Part shown: in pieces, positions 1-9,209 of the stretch | Position numbering within the stretch: position 1 is the stretch's first letter | Layout: every line of letters begins with the position of its first letter | Assembly: GCA_021735045.1 (NCBI GenBank) | Contig: JAIPHU010000007.1 | Span: 24,583 to 56,582 of the forward strand | Direction of reading: 5' to 3' | Source of the DNA: Candidatus Omnitrophota bacterium | GTDB taxonomy: Bacteria > Omnitrophota > Gorgyraeia > Duberdicusellales > 4484-171 | DNA: 32,000 nucleotides | The notes under the pieces: generated by a model | What the model saw: the letters and a program-made list of their open reading frames with translations, nothing else | Database searches by the model: none | What the model was told of the DNA's origin: nothing | Made by a program: the position numbers and the translations under genes

Positions 1-1224
1 ATATGGATATGACTCTAGTTTAATCTCTGAATAATATTTACCTAAAAACAAAACAACCAATGAAGATAGACTATAGTCTGATATAGATGAATCTACCAGA
101 TAGGAAGCTATCTTTATATCAAATGTTTTACCTTTGATACCTAAGCCAGGACAGTTTACCATTTGATCTTTTAGTTCAAATGTCACCTTTTCTATAGAAG
201 AATCTGTAAGAACCGGCCTAAACTTCTCTAGCTTTTCTTTGTATAAACTATCTTTATCTAAATCATAAATATATATATCTTGAGCATCAATAAAATATAT
301 AAAAGGTAACTGAGAATTAACTTTAGCCGGATCTAGACTTTTCCCATTTTTTACTTTTATCTTATTAGATTCATCTTGGCTAAAAAACTTATCTTTGGGT
401 ATTTTAAACTCTAACTCAGAAAAAAGACTAACTAAACTATCTTTATCGACTTTATCTTTTTTTAACTGATCTACTTTCATTTTTAGCTTTGGTTCTGCTA
501 GCTGGGCCAGTTCTTTACTTAAGATGATTTGTTCTTTATTGTCTTTTATCCGCTTGGCTTCTTTAGGACTTAACTTATCTAGATTTTTAAAGATATTATC
601 AATACTGCCAAACTCTTTAATTAATTTAGTAGCGCCTACTTTTCCAATTCCCTTTGCTCCAGGGATATTATCCGAAGCATCGCCTAATAAAGAAAGATAA
701 TCCGCCATATAACAAGGTTTAAAACCATACTTTTTAATAAAATCCTGCTGCTTATAAAATTTTTGCTCTCGGTAGTTATAAACAGAAATACCTTCATTAG
801 CCAAAAGCTGGTAAAGGTCTTTGTCTGAACTAACCACTACCACTTGCCTGTTTTGGTTTATCGCTTCTTTAGCTAGTGAAGCTATAACATCATCAGCTTC
901 ATATTTTTCTTTTTCAACAGTTTTTAAACCTAAAGCTTTGATTAATCTGCGAATTATAGGAAATTGTGATTTTAGTTCATCGGGCAAAGGCGGCCTTTGT
1001 ATTTTATAGTCTTTATATTTCTTTTGCCGATGAGTTTTTCTCGATACATCAAAGCAAATACCGATAAATTCAGCTTCTTGTTCTAAAATAAGCTTTTTTA
1101 AGGTCCGGTAGAACCCATAAACAGCCCCAGTGGGAACTCCAGATGAACTACTAAGTTTTATCGCAAAATGAGAACGATAACATAAGGAAGTGCCATCAAT
1201 CAAATATAATTTTTTATTAGACAT
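1..1224 (-). CDS. polA: DNA polymerase I, N-terminal part (5'-3' exonuclease/FEN domain plus the start of the next domain). Partial; continues beyond the left edge.
   Basis: Not in the ORF track because it runs off the window. My own minus-strand translation from ATG 1224-1222 stays open for all 408 codons. It reads MSNKKLYLIDGTSLCYRSHFA...GVPTGAVYGF...EADDVIASLA...VVSSDKDLYQL...LLGDASDNIPGAKGIGKVGATKLIKEFGSIDNI, which are classic FEN and H3TH motifs of Pol I. Confidence 0.8.
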   Translation of the reverse strand, partial: MSNKKLYLIDGTSLCYRSHFAIKLSSSSGVPTGAVYGFYRTLKKLILEQEAEFIGICFDVSRKTHRQKKYKDYKIQRPPLPDELKSQFPIIRRLIKALGLKTVEKEKYEADDVIASLAKEAINQNRQVVVVSSDKDLYQLLANEGISVYNYREQKFYKQQDFIKKYGFKPCYMADYLSLLGDASDNIPGAKGIGKVGATKLIKEFGSIDNIFKNLDKLSPKEAKRIKDNKEQIILSKELAQLAEPKLKMKVDQLKKDKVDKDSLVSLFSELEFKIPKDKFFSQDESNKIKVKNGKSLDPAKVNSQLPFIYFIDAQDIYIYDLDKDSLYKEKLEKFRPVLTDSSIEKVTFELKDQMVNCPGLGIKGKTFDIKIASYLVDSSISDYSLSSLVVLFLGKYYSEIKLESYPY

Positions 1225-1261
1225 CAATATTTAGAATTATGAATAAAGGAGTGACTATTAT

Positions 1262-2113
1262 TTATCTTATTTGGGAAACATCTTTTTGGGTAATGCGAAA
1301 AACAGAATTAAGTGCGCTTTTTAACCTATCTGCCGCTGAAAGATAATCATTATTTTCTATGTATTCTAGTGCATCTTTAGTATCTACAAGAGCACTCTGC
1401 CTTAAATGGAAACTTTTAGATTTTTCCATTATTTTTTTTGCTTTCTCTTTAAGCTCTGGAGCTTTAGGAGCTAAAGAGATAACTTTGCTTAGCTCTTCTA
1501 TTGCATCTTCATAACTACCTTCTTCAAAAGCCCGTTTACCTAACTTAAAATGCAGCTTAGCCTCTTCAATTGCCTCTAACCTTTCTTGTTCTCTTTGGTA
1601 AGATATATCCTTAGACAAATTAGCAGCCTTTTTTTCTATCATCTCTTCTCTAACTTCTGGATAAGTACCTAATTTAAGCAGATGCTGTCTAGCTACCTCT
1701 TGCCAATACTCACCTTTTTTACCATTGATATACCTTTCTTTCCAGTGATAAGTAGCTTTTTCAATATTATTCTGTTTTTCATAAAGCAAGGCAAGATTAG
1801 CATGAGCCGGTAAAAATTTAGAATTTATTTCTAAGGCTTTCTGATAGTATCTTTTTGCTTTATTCAACCGTCCTCTCATCTCATAAGCTACCCCTAAATC
1901 ATTATAAGCTTGAACATATTCAGGATCTAGCTTAATAGCCTTTTGATAAAAAGGCAAAGCCCCTCCTACATCCCCTCTCGACTGCAACCTATAACCTTTT
2001 TCTCTGTAGTCCCGGGCTTGTTGCTTAACTAAATCTTCAGCTTGGGAAAATGATAAAGGTAAGAAAATGAAAAGAATAGCAAGAACAACTCTCATTCTTT
2101 TTAACTTTAACAT
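1262..2113 (-). CDS. Secreted TPR-repeat protein
   Basis: N-terminal signal-like segment MRVVLAILFIFLPLSFSQAEDL. Repeated TPR-type motifs (A..Y.KA..L.P....A..NLG..Y). Confidence 0.6.
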   Translation of the reverse strand: MLKLKRMRVVLAILFIFLPLSFSQAEDLVKQQARDYREKGYRLQSRGDVGGALPFYQKAIKLDPEYVQAYNDLGVAYEMRGRLNKAKRYYQKALEINSKFLPAHANLALLYEKQNNIEKATYHWKERYINGKKGEYWQEVARQHLLKLGTYPEVREEMIEKKAANLSKDISYQREQERLEAIEEAKLHFKLGKRAFEEGSYEDAIEELSKVISLAPKAPELKEKAKKIMEKSKSFHLRQSALVDTKDALEYIENNDYLSAADRLKSALNSVFRITQKDVSQIR

Positions 2114-2149
2114 ATGCTTTTTATTCTGTCAAGATTGTAATTAGACAAA

Positions 2150-2434
2150 TTATTTTGCTTTCTCATCTATCTGCTGGCCTGCCTCAATTAAAGACTTATC
2201 TTGTTTTTGCGCCTTCTGTTTGTAAAGATAGGCTAAAGAGATAGATGTTAAAAAAAATATAACCGTAAAAATCACGGTAAGTTTAACCAGCATTGAGCTC
2301 GTTTTTGTTCCAAAGATAGACTCTACACCACCTAGAGCTTCGACTAAACCACCGCTTCGTCCCCGCTGGACTAAAATCATTCCGATTAACGAAATAGCAA
2401 CAATAATATGAAGGATTAAAACTAATTTATACAT
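2150..2434 (-). CDS. secG: Preprotein translocase subunit SecG
   Basis: 94 aa with two TM segments. N-terminal LILHIIVAISLIGMILVQRGRSGGL matches the SecG signature. Sits in the conserved tpiA-secG neighbourhood. Confidence 0.75.
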   Translation of the reverse strand: MYKLVLILHIIVAISLIGMILVQRGRSGGLVEALGGVESIFGTKTSSMLVKLTVIFTVIFFLTSISLAYLYKQKAQKQDKSLIEAGQQIDEKAK

Positions 2435-2487
2435 AAATTTCTTTCTTTTATCAGCTTATCACAAATCAACTTTTTCTCAAGCTGTAT

Positions 2488-3249
2488 TTACCCTAAAGAA
2501 GAGTTTTTAATTATTTCTGTAAAATCTAAAGGTTTAAGTGAAGCTCCGCCGACTAAAGCACCATCAATATTTTCTTTAGCTATCAACTCTTTTATATTGG
2601 TAGGTTTAACACTTCCGCCATAAAGCACTCTTAATTTTTCAGCTGCTTGATCTGAAAAATTTTTCTTAAACCATTCTCTAATAAAGCTATGCATTTGATC
2701 TGCCTGCTCTCCGGTTGCAGTTTTTCCAGTTCCAATTGCCCAAACCGGCTCATAAGCAACGGTAACCTTTTCTAAATCAGCCTGGCTCAAAGAATCAAAA
2801 CCTTCTCTTAACTGCTTTTCTACAACCTCTTTTTCTTTTTGCTGCTCTCTTTGCTCTAGGCTTTCTCCAACACAAACAATCGGCAAAAGATCTGCCGAAA
2901 TTGCAGCTTTTATTTTTTTGTTAACTTGCTGATTAGTTTCAGAAAAATATTTTCTTCTTTCTGAATGGCCAATAATTACAAATTTAACTCCTATGTCTTT
3001 CAGCATTGCCGCAGAAACTTCCCCGGTAAAAGCACCATTGGCCTCCCAATGCATATTTTGAGCCCCCAGCTCAATAACTGAATCTTTAATTGCTTCCTGA
3101 GCTGCCAGCAAAGAAGTATAAGGAGGGCAAATCAATATATCTGCATCTTTAAAACTCCCTACATTTTCTTTTAATTTAGATACCAAATCAGCTGCCTCAG
3201 TAGCAATTTTGTTCATCTTCCAATTACCAGCAATAAATGGTTTTCGCAT
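2488..3249 (-). CDS. tpiA: Triosephosphate isomerase
   Basis: IAGNWKMN, IIGHSERR and AYEPVWAIGTGKTAT motifs. Confidence 0.95.
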   Translation of the reverse strand: MRKPFIAGNWKMNKIATEAADLVSKLKENVGSFKDADILICPPYTSLLAAQEAIKDSVIELGAQNMHWEANGAFTGEVSAAMLKDIGVKFVIIGHSERRKYFSETNQQVNKKIKAAISADLLPIVCVGESLEQREQQKEKEVVEKQLREGFDSLSQADLEKVTVAYEPVWAIGTGKTATGEQADQMHSFIREWFKKNFSDQAAEKLRVLYGGSVKPTNIKELIAKENIDGALVGGASLKPLDFTEIIKNSSLG

Positions 3250-3302
3250 AATTACCCCCGTTAAAAATGAATATATTTAGGTGTTATTCCTCTATTTTTA
3301 AT

Positions 3303-3333
3303 GGCATCGAGCCGACTTCCTCGGCGAGATGCC
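3303..3333 (-). other. GC-rich intercistronic stem-loop between pgk and tpiA
   Basis: GGCATC-GA-GCCGA-CTTCC-TCGGC-GA-GATGCC. This gives 6 bp + 5 bp stems separated by a symmetric GA/GA internal loop. No flanking U-run on either strand. Confidence 0.55.
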
Positions 3334-3355
3334 TTAACTATCTAAATAAGATTTC

Positions 3356-4540
3356 TCATTTCATTGAAAGAGCTGAAATTCCCGGCAAATCCTTCCCTTC
3401 AAGAAATTGCAGAGAAGCTCCTCCACCAGTTGAGATATGAGACATCTGATCGGATAGTTTAAATTTTTTTACAGCGGCAGCAGTATCTCCACCACCAATA
3501 ACCGAAATAGCTTCTGATTCAGCTATCGCTTCAGCTATCGCTTTGGTCCCTTGAGCAAACTTATCCTTTTCAAAAATACCCATAGGGCCGTTCCAAACTA
3601 TAGTTTTAGCATCTTTAATTTTTTGACTGAATTCTTTTTGAGTTTTAGGGCCAATATCTACGCCAATCCAACCTGATTTAATATCGGCAGATTCGGTAGT
3701 TTCTACATTTTCTCCCTGCTTAATATCATCTGTTATTAGATGATCTATAGGTAATAATAGTTCTACTTTCTTTTCTTCTGCTTTGGCTAATATTTTTTTA
3801 ACTACCTCAAACATATCTTCTTCTAGAAGCGAAGAACCAATATCTACTCCTTTTACTTTTAAAAATGTATAAGCCATAGCTCCGCCGATAACTATCGAAT
3901 CAGCTTTATCCATCATATTTTCAATAACCGGTATCTTATCAGATACCTTGGCTCCGCCTAAAATAAAAACAAATGGTTTCTGAGGCTCAGTTAAAACTTT
4001 TTGAAAATATTGAATTTCTTTATCAATTAAAAAACCTGCTGCAGAATCTAGAAAATGAGTTACTCCTTCTGTAGACGCATGAGCTCTGTGGGCTGTACCA
4101 AAAGCATCATTTACATATAAATCAGCTAAAGAAGCTAACTGCTTTGCAAAGTCTTGATCATTTGCTTTTTCTTGAGAATAAAATCTTAAATTTTCTAAAA
4201 GAATAACTTCACCATCTTTTAATTTATCAATCTCTTCCTCTACATTTTTGCCAATACAGTCGTCAGCCATTTTAACCGGCTGATCAATCAACTGACTCAA
4301 GCGCTTTGCTACTGGCTTTAAGCTAAACTCCTCTTTTTTCTGGCCTTTAGGCCTCCCTAGGTGGCTAACTAAAATTAACTTTGCCCCAGACTCCCGAATA
4401 TAGTTTATAGTATCTAAGGCTGCCTTGATCCTTGAGTCATCGGTAATATTTCTATCTGAATCTAGAGGAACGTTAAAATCAGCCCTGATCAATACTTTTT
4501 TACCAGCTAAATCTAGATCTTTTACAGATTTTTTTGCCAT
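3356..4540 (-). CDS. pgk: Phosphoglycerate kinase
   Basis: RADFNVPLD, ILVSHLGRPKG, and STGGGASLQFLEGKDLPG at the C-terminus. SD GAGGAG lies upstream. Confidence 0.95.
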   Translation of the reverse strand: MAKKSVKDLDLAGKKVLIRADFNVPLDSDRNITDDSRIKAALDTINYIRESGAKLILVSHLGRPKGQKKEEFSLKPVAKRLSQLIDQPVKMADDCIGKNVEEEIDKLKDGEVILLENLRFYSQEKANDQDFAKQLASLADLYVNDAFGTAHRAHASTEGVTHFLDSAAGFLIDKEIQYFQKVLTEPQKPFVFILGGAKVSDKIPVIENMMDKADSIVIGGAMAYTFLKVKGVDIGSSLLEEDMFEVVKKILAKAEEKKVELLLPIDHLITDDIKQGENVETTESADIKSGWIGVDIGPKTQKEFSQKIKDAKTIVWNGPMGIFEKDKFAQGTKAIAEAIAESEAISVIGGGDTAAAVKKFKLSDQMSHISTGGGASLQFLEGKDLPGISALSMK

Positions 4541-4583
4541 ACTTCTCCTCTTACTGATTAAATGGTTAATTAGTCATCATCAC

Positions 4584-4664
4584 CGAATATACGAATTTTT
4601 TACGAATATACGAATAAATATCTATGCCGATTCGTAAATTCGTATAGATTAGTAAATTCGATAA
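4584..4664 (-). repeat. Array of CGAAT/ATTCG pentamers forming direct and inverted 13-15 nt repeats in the gap-pgk intercistronic spacer
   Basis: CGAATATACGAAT occurs exactly twice (4584-4596 and 4603-4615). TACGAATATACGAAT (4601-4615) pairs 14/15 with ATTCGTAAATTCGTA (4630-4644). A further ATTCG lies at 4656-4660. Confidence 0.7.
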
Positions 4665-4676
4665 TTATCTTTATCC

Positions 4677-5705
<1,029 letters not shown>

Positions 5706-5791
5706 TCACCTACCGGCAACATTAACCGTTTATAAATTTTTATTTTTAAAACTTTCAGGCTTGAAACTTATCTAAAGCGTAATTTCATGCA

Positions 5792-5818
5792 ATTATAACA
5801 CAAATCTCAAAATGTCAA
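5792..5818 (-). promoter_or_regulatory. Putative sigma70-type promoter for gap-pgk-tpiA-secG
   Basis: Minus strand reads TTGACA (5818-5813), a 15-nt spacer, then TGtTATAAT (extended -10; TATAAT = 5797-5792). The spacer is short. It would give a ~105-nt leader containing a 7-bp hairpin (GGTTAAT/ATTAACC, 5700-5727) just 5' of the SD. Confidence 0.4.
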
Positions 5819-5826
5819 AATAAAAT

Positions 5827-5871
5827 ATTTATCTTTTTTGCAAGATAAATCAACAAAAGGGAACGTTTCCC
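5827..5871 (-). terminator. Two weak hairpin+T-run elements; candidate intrinsic terminators ending the tyrS-galT unit
   Basis: On the minus strand, GGGAA-ACG-TTCCC is followed by TTTTGTTG (5871-5851). Then ATTTATCTT-GCAAAA-AAGATAAAT is followed by ATTTTATTTT (5850-5819). The stems are short or AT-rich. Confidence 0.3.
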
Positions 5872-6014
5872 TCTGTTATAAGCTACTGCAAATAAAGGAG
5901 TTATAAAGCAGCGTTTTCCGAAAATAAACGTAAAATGCCAGTTTATAACCCCTTGGCCGGCAAAGGGTTGTAAACGAGGGAAACGTCCCCTTGGTTTCTG
6001 AAGTTTAGGTTCAC

Positions 6015-7010
6015 TCATGTTGTGTTTAGGCGGCGAGCTGCATCCTCCGGCAAAAGCGGATTAATATAACCACCAGTTGCCCATTCAAATCCAGCAATCT
6101 CTCCTAATTTAGGTAAAAATTCAATATGCCAATGGTAAAAATCATAATTTTTCCCATCGCTGTTAATTGGAGTTGTATGAATTAAAAAATTGTAAGGGTA
6201 ATCGCCTAAAACATTTCCTAACTTAATAAATAACTCTTTTAAAATAGACGATAAACTATCTATTTGCCGATCAGTTATTTTCCTAAAATCTGATTGATGC
6301 AAAGTAGGCAGTATAGTGAGCTCAAAAGGTGAACGAGAAAAAAAAGGACAAAATGCGATAAAATCTTCATTTTCTAATACTAGCCTATCTTTTTGTTTCT
6401 TTTCTTCTTCTATTATTTTACAAAACATACACTCATTATTTTTAGCAAAATACTCTTTGGTGCAATCTAGTTCTTCTGTCACTCTTTTAGGAACTATAGG
6501 TAGGCAAATTAACTGAGTATGAGGATGCTCCAGGGAAGCCCCTGCAGCCAAACCATGATTTTTAAATATTAATATGTATTTAAAACGCTTATCTTTTGTT
6601 AGGAAACTAAATCTTCGCCGGTATACCTTAATTACTCTTGTAATCTCTTCCTGCGATAACCCGCGCATCGTCTTATAATGATCGGGAGTTTCAATAATTA
6701 CTTCATGGAAACCTACCCCTTCTCTTTTTTGAAAAATTCCTTCTTTTTCTTCCTTTTTTTCTAAATTATCTTCTAGAGCAGGAAATTTATTCGGCACAGT
6801 TCTAGTTAACCAGCCGGGGCTATTGGGCTCACCGCCTTGGGGCCGATCTGCATCTGTCTCCGGCGGAGTCATTGCTTCATTGCCCAGACAAAAAGGACAA
6901 TTTTCCAATTTAGTCTGAGCTTGAACATTGTTAATTTTATCAAAAGAGAAATCTTCTTCTGTTAAAATAACCCAGCGTTTGGTAATCGGATTTAGGCGTA
7001 GTTTTTTCAT
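6015..7010 (-). CDS. galT: Galactose-1-phosphate uridylyltransferase family (HIT superfamily) enzyme, catalytic motifs intact
   Basis: CPFCLGNE (Cys-x2-Cys), VPNKFPA, GFHEVIIETPDH, EHPHTQ (the H-x-H-x-Q nucleophile motif), HWHIEF. Confidence 0.75.
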   Translation of the reverse strand: MKKLRLNPITKRWVILTEEDFSFDKINNVQAQTKLENCPFCLGNEAMTPPETDADRPQGGEPNSPGWLTRTVPNKFPALEDNLEKKEEKEGIFQKREGVGFHEVIIETPDHYKTMRGLSQEEITRVIKVYRRRFSFLTKDKRFKYILIFKNHGLAAGASLEHPHTQLICLPIVPKRVTEELDCTKEYFAKNNECMFCKIIEEEKKQKDRLVLENEDFIAFCPFFSRSPFELTILPTLHQSDFRKITDRQIDSLSSILKELFIKLGNVLGDYPYNFLIHTTPINSDGKNYDFYHWHIEFLPKLGEIAGFEWATGGYINPLLPEDAARRLNTT

Positions 7011-7014
7011 TTTT

Positions 7015-7956
7015 TTATCGTCTAGATTGGCTTGATTCTTCTATCCTGCTTTCCCGTAAACTTTCAGCTGCAGCCTCCGGCGGAGTAGGATTTATATAAA
7101 ATCCGGTTCCCCATTCAAACCCGGCAACTCTGGTTAATAAAGGAATAAGTTCAATATACCAGTGATAACCTCGCGAAACATCATTATTACTACAGTCGTC
7201 TAAGGGGCCGGTATGTATTACATAAGTATACGAAAAATCACCCAATAAATTTTTCATCTTCAACAAAACCTCTTTAAAAGCTAAAGATAAATTCTTTAAC
7301 TGCTTCTGATTACTTTGGGTATAGTCATAAGAATGATCTTTTGGTAAAATCCAAGTCTCCAGAGGAAACCGGGAAGCAAAAGGACAAAAAGCTATAAAAC
7401 TCTCATTTTCTAAAATAAATCTCTTCTTAGACTTTTTTTCTTGTGCAATCATATCACAATAAATACAAGACTTTTTTTGTTGATAGTAGTTTAGAGCTCC
7501 CTTCATCTGTCTTTTTGCATTTTTAGGATAAACCGGTAATCCAATAAAGTTACTATAATTATGGCTTAGGCTTCTAGAGTTAGTTTTTACCTTATAATTT
7601 CTAAAAACTACTATGTACTTTATCTGTTTTTTCTTTTTAATTTCTAAAATTTTCTTTTTATAAAGAGAAAAAACCGGAAAAAAATCACAATCTGAATTTA
7701 ACTCTACACAATAACCATCATCGACTATTTTATGAAATCCAAACTCATCTTTTTGATTAAAAGGCCCATCAAGAACTATCTCTGTATCTTTTGATCTTTT
7801 TTTAAAATTCTGGCTCTGTTTAGATAAAGATTGGCTACTTTGATCTAAAGAATGGTCTTTTGAACTATCAACTTCAAAATCATTAGGCCGTTTTGCCCTC
7901 TGGGTAGCAACAATAACCCAGCGTTCGATAATAGGATCTTTACGTAACTGTGACAT
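7015..7956 (-). CDS. GalT-family paralog with a degenerate catalytic half (predicted non-catalytic)
   Basis: The C-terminal half aligns clearly with the downstream gene (LENESFIAFCPF, HWYIEL, VAGFEWGTGFYINP). CPFC is absent. EHPHTQ is replaced by SHNYSN and HWH by HWY. Confidence 0.65.
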   Translation of the reverse strand: MSQLRKDPIIERWVIVATQRAKRPNDFEVDSSKDHSLDQSSQSLSKQSQNFKKRSKDTEIVLDGPFNQKDEFGFHKIVDDGYCVELNSDCDFFPVFSLYKKKILEIKKKKQIKYIVVFRNYKVKTNSRSLSHNYSNFIGLPVYPKNAKRQMKGALNYYQQKKSCIYCDMIAQEKKSKKRFILENESFIAFCPFASRFPLETWILPKDHSYDYTQSNQKQLKNLSLAFKEVLLKMKNLLGDFSYTYVIHTGPLDDCSNNDVSRGYHWYIELIPLLTRVAGFEWGTGFYINPTPPEAAAESLRESRIEESSQSRR

Positions 7957-7961
7957 TTAAC

Positions 7962-9173
7962 TTAACTTTTTACTACAATTTTTAAAAACCTTTTCTTGCC
8001 AACTTTTAATATTACTTCTTCGGAAGAAAAAAAAGTAATATTTTTCTTTAAGACAGAGTAGTTACTGGGGTCTTTTGAATCGATCATAGTTATTGAACCT
8101 TGGTTTAAAAGGCGTCTAGCTTCATTTTTAGAAGAAGTTAGTTTCATCTTAGATAAAATATCTACTACATCTATTTTTTTATTATCTGCTTTATAAATAG
8201 GTACCTTTTCCGGAATTTTTCGCTCAGAAAAAACTTTTTGGAACTCTTTTGATTCTTTTTCTGCTAAATTTTTAGAGTAATATCTGGATACCAAATATTT
8301 TGCTAATTTAACTTTAGCATCCTTAGGATGCATTTGCTTTATCTGCGATAGATCAAAATCAGTAAGAAGCCTTATATAGTCCCACATAATCTCATCTGGC
8401 ACACTCATTATTTTACCAAACATATCTTTTGGTTTTTCTGTTATTCCAATATAGTTTCCTAATGATTTAGACATCTTTTTCTGGCCATCTAGGCCAACTA
8501 AAAGAGGCATAGTAGCTACTATCTGAGGCGGCTGATTAAAAAACTGTTGAAGGTTTCTTCCTACCAAAAGATTAAATTTTTGATCAGTCCCCCCAAACTC
8601 AATATCTGCTTCCATCTTATAAGAATCATAACCTTGGATTAGAGGATAAATGACTTCTAATAAACTCAATGGTTTTTGATTTTGGATACGTTTAGAAAAA
8701 TCATCTCTTTCTAAAATTCTGGCTACAGTATAAGATGAAAGTAAAGATAAAAAAGAAGATAAGTTCATCTTCTTATACCATCTGCTGTTATATATTATTT
8801 TTGTTTTTCTTTTATTCAGTATCTTAAAAGCTTGTTTGGTATAAGTTGAAGCATTAGCTCGGATTTGGGAATCATCCAACACCGGCCTCTGGATAATCTT
8901 TCCGGAAGGATCACCAATTTTTGCGGTAAAATCTCCAATTATAAAGTATACGATATGGCCTAAATCTTGAAGTTTCCTTAACTTATTAAGTAACACAGTA
9001 TGGCCAATATGAATATCACAGGCGGTAGGATCGAAACCAATTTTTATCTTAAGGGGTTTGCTTTTTTTTAATTTATCTTTTATTTTTTTCTCTAGCTGCT
9101 CTGGAGAAATTAAATCAACAGTATTTTCTTCAATAGCCTTAAGATGTTTGGATAAATCTTTATTCAAAAACAA
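7962..9173 (-). CDS. tyrS: Tyrosyl-tRNA synthetase (with C-terminal S4-like domain)
   Basis: HIGH motif (DIHIGHTV) and KMSKS motif (KKMSKSLGN). The track start is a TTG. SD spacing suggests the in-frame TTG two codons downstream (9167) may be the real start. Confidence 0.9.
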   Translation of the reverse strand: MFLNKDLSKHLKAIEENTVDLISPEQLEKKIKDKLKKSKPLKIKIGFDPTACDIHIGHTVLLNKLRKLQDLGHIVYFIIGDFTAKIGDPSGKIIQRPVLDDSQIRANASTYTKQAFKILNKRKTKIIYNSRWYKKMNLSSFLSLLSSYTVARILERDDFSKRIQNQKPLSLLEVIYPLIQGYDSYKMEADIEFGGTDQKFNLLVGRNLQQFFNQPPQIVATMPLLVGLDGQKKMSKSLGNYIGITEKPKDMFGKIMSVPDEIMWDYIRLLTDFDLSQIKQMHPKDAKVKLAKYLVSRYYSKNLAEKESKEFQKVFSERKIPEKVPIYKADNKKIDVVDILSKMKLTSSKNEARRLLNQGSITMIDSKDPSNYSVLKKNITFFSSEEVILKVGKKRFLKIVVKS

Positions 9174-9209
9174 TCCTCTCTATAGCCTTTGATTAATAAA
9201 AAGGGATGA

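Noticed and set aside
4584-4664. Possible CRISPR array or tandem-repeat locus in the gap-pgk spacer
   Set aside because: The repeats are only 13-15 nt and appear in both orientations with 6-14 nt between them. There are no spacers of CRISPR size and no cas genes. They fit an RNA stem or operator better.
5815-6018. 67-aa minus-strand ORF with an ATGA overlap to the galT stop
   Set aside because: I did not annotate it as a CDS. The peptide (MSEPKLQKPRGRFPRLQPFAGQG...) has no recognisable family. The region is dominated by inverted repeats and hairpins, and it runs through the predicted terminators and the -35 of the gap promoter. It is kept as an alternative in the corresponding finding.
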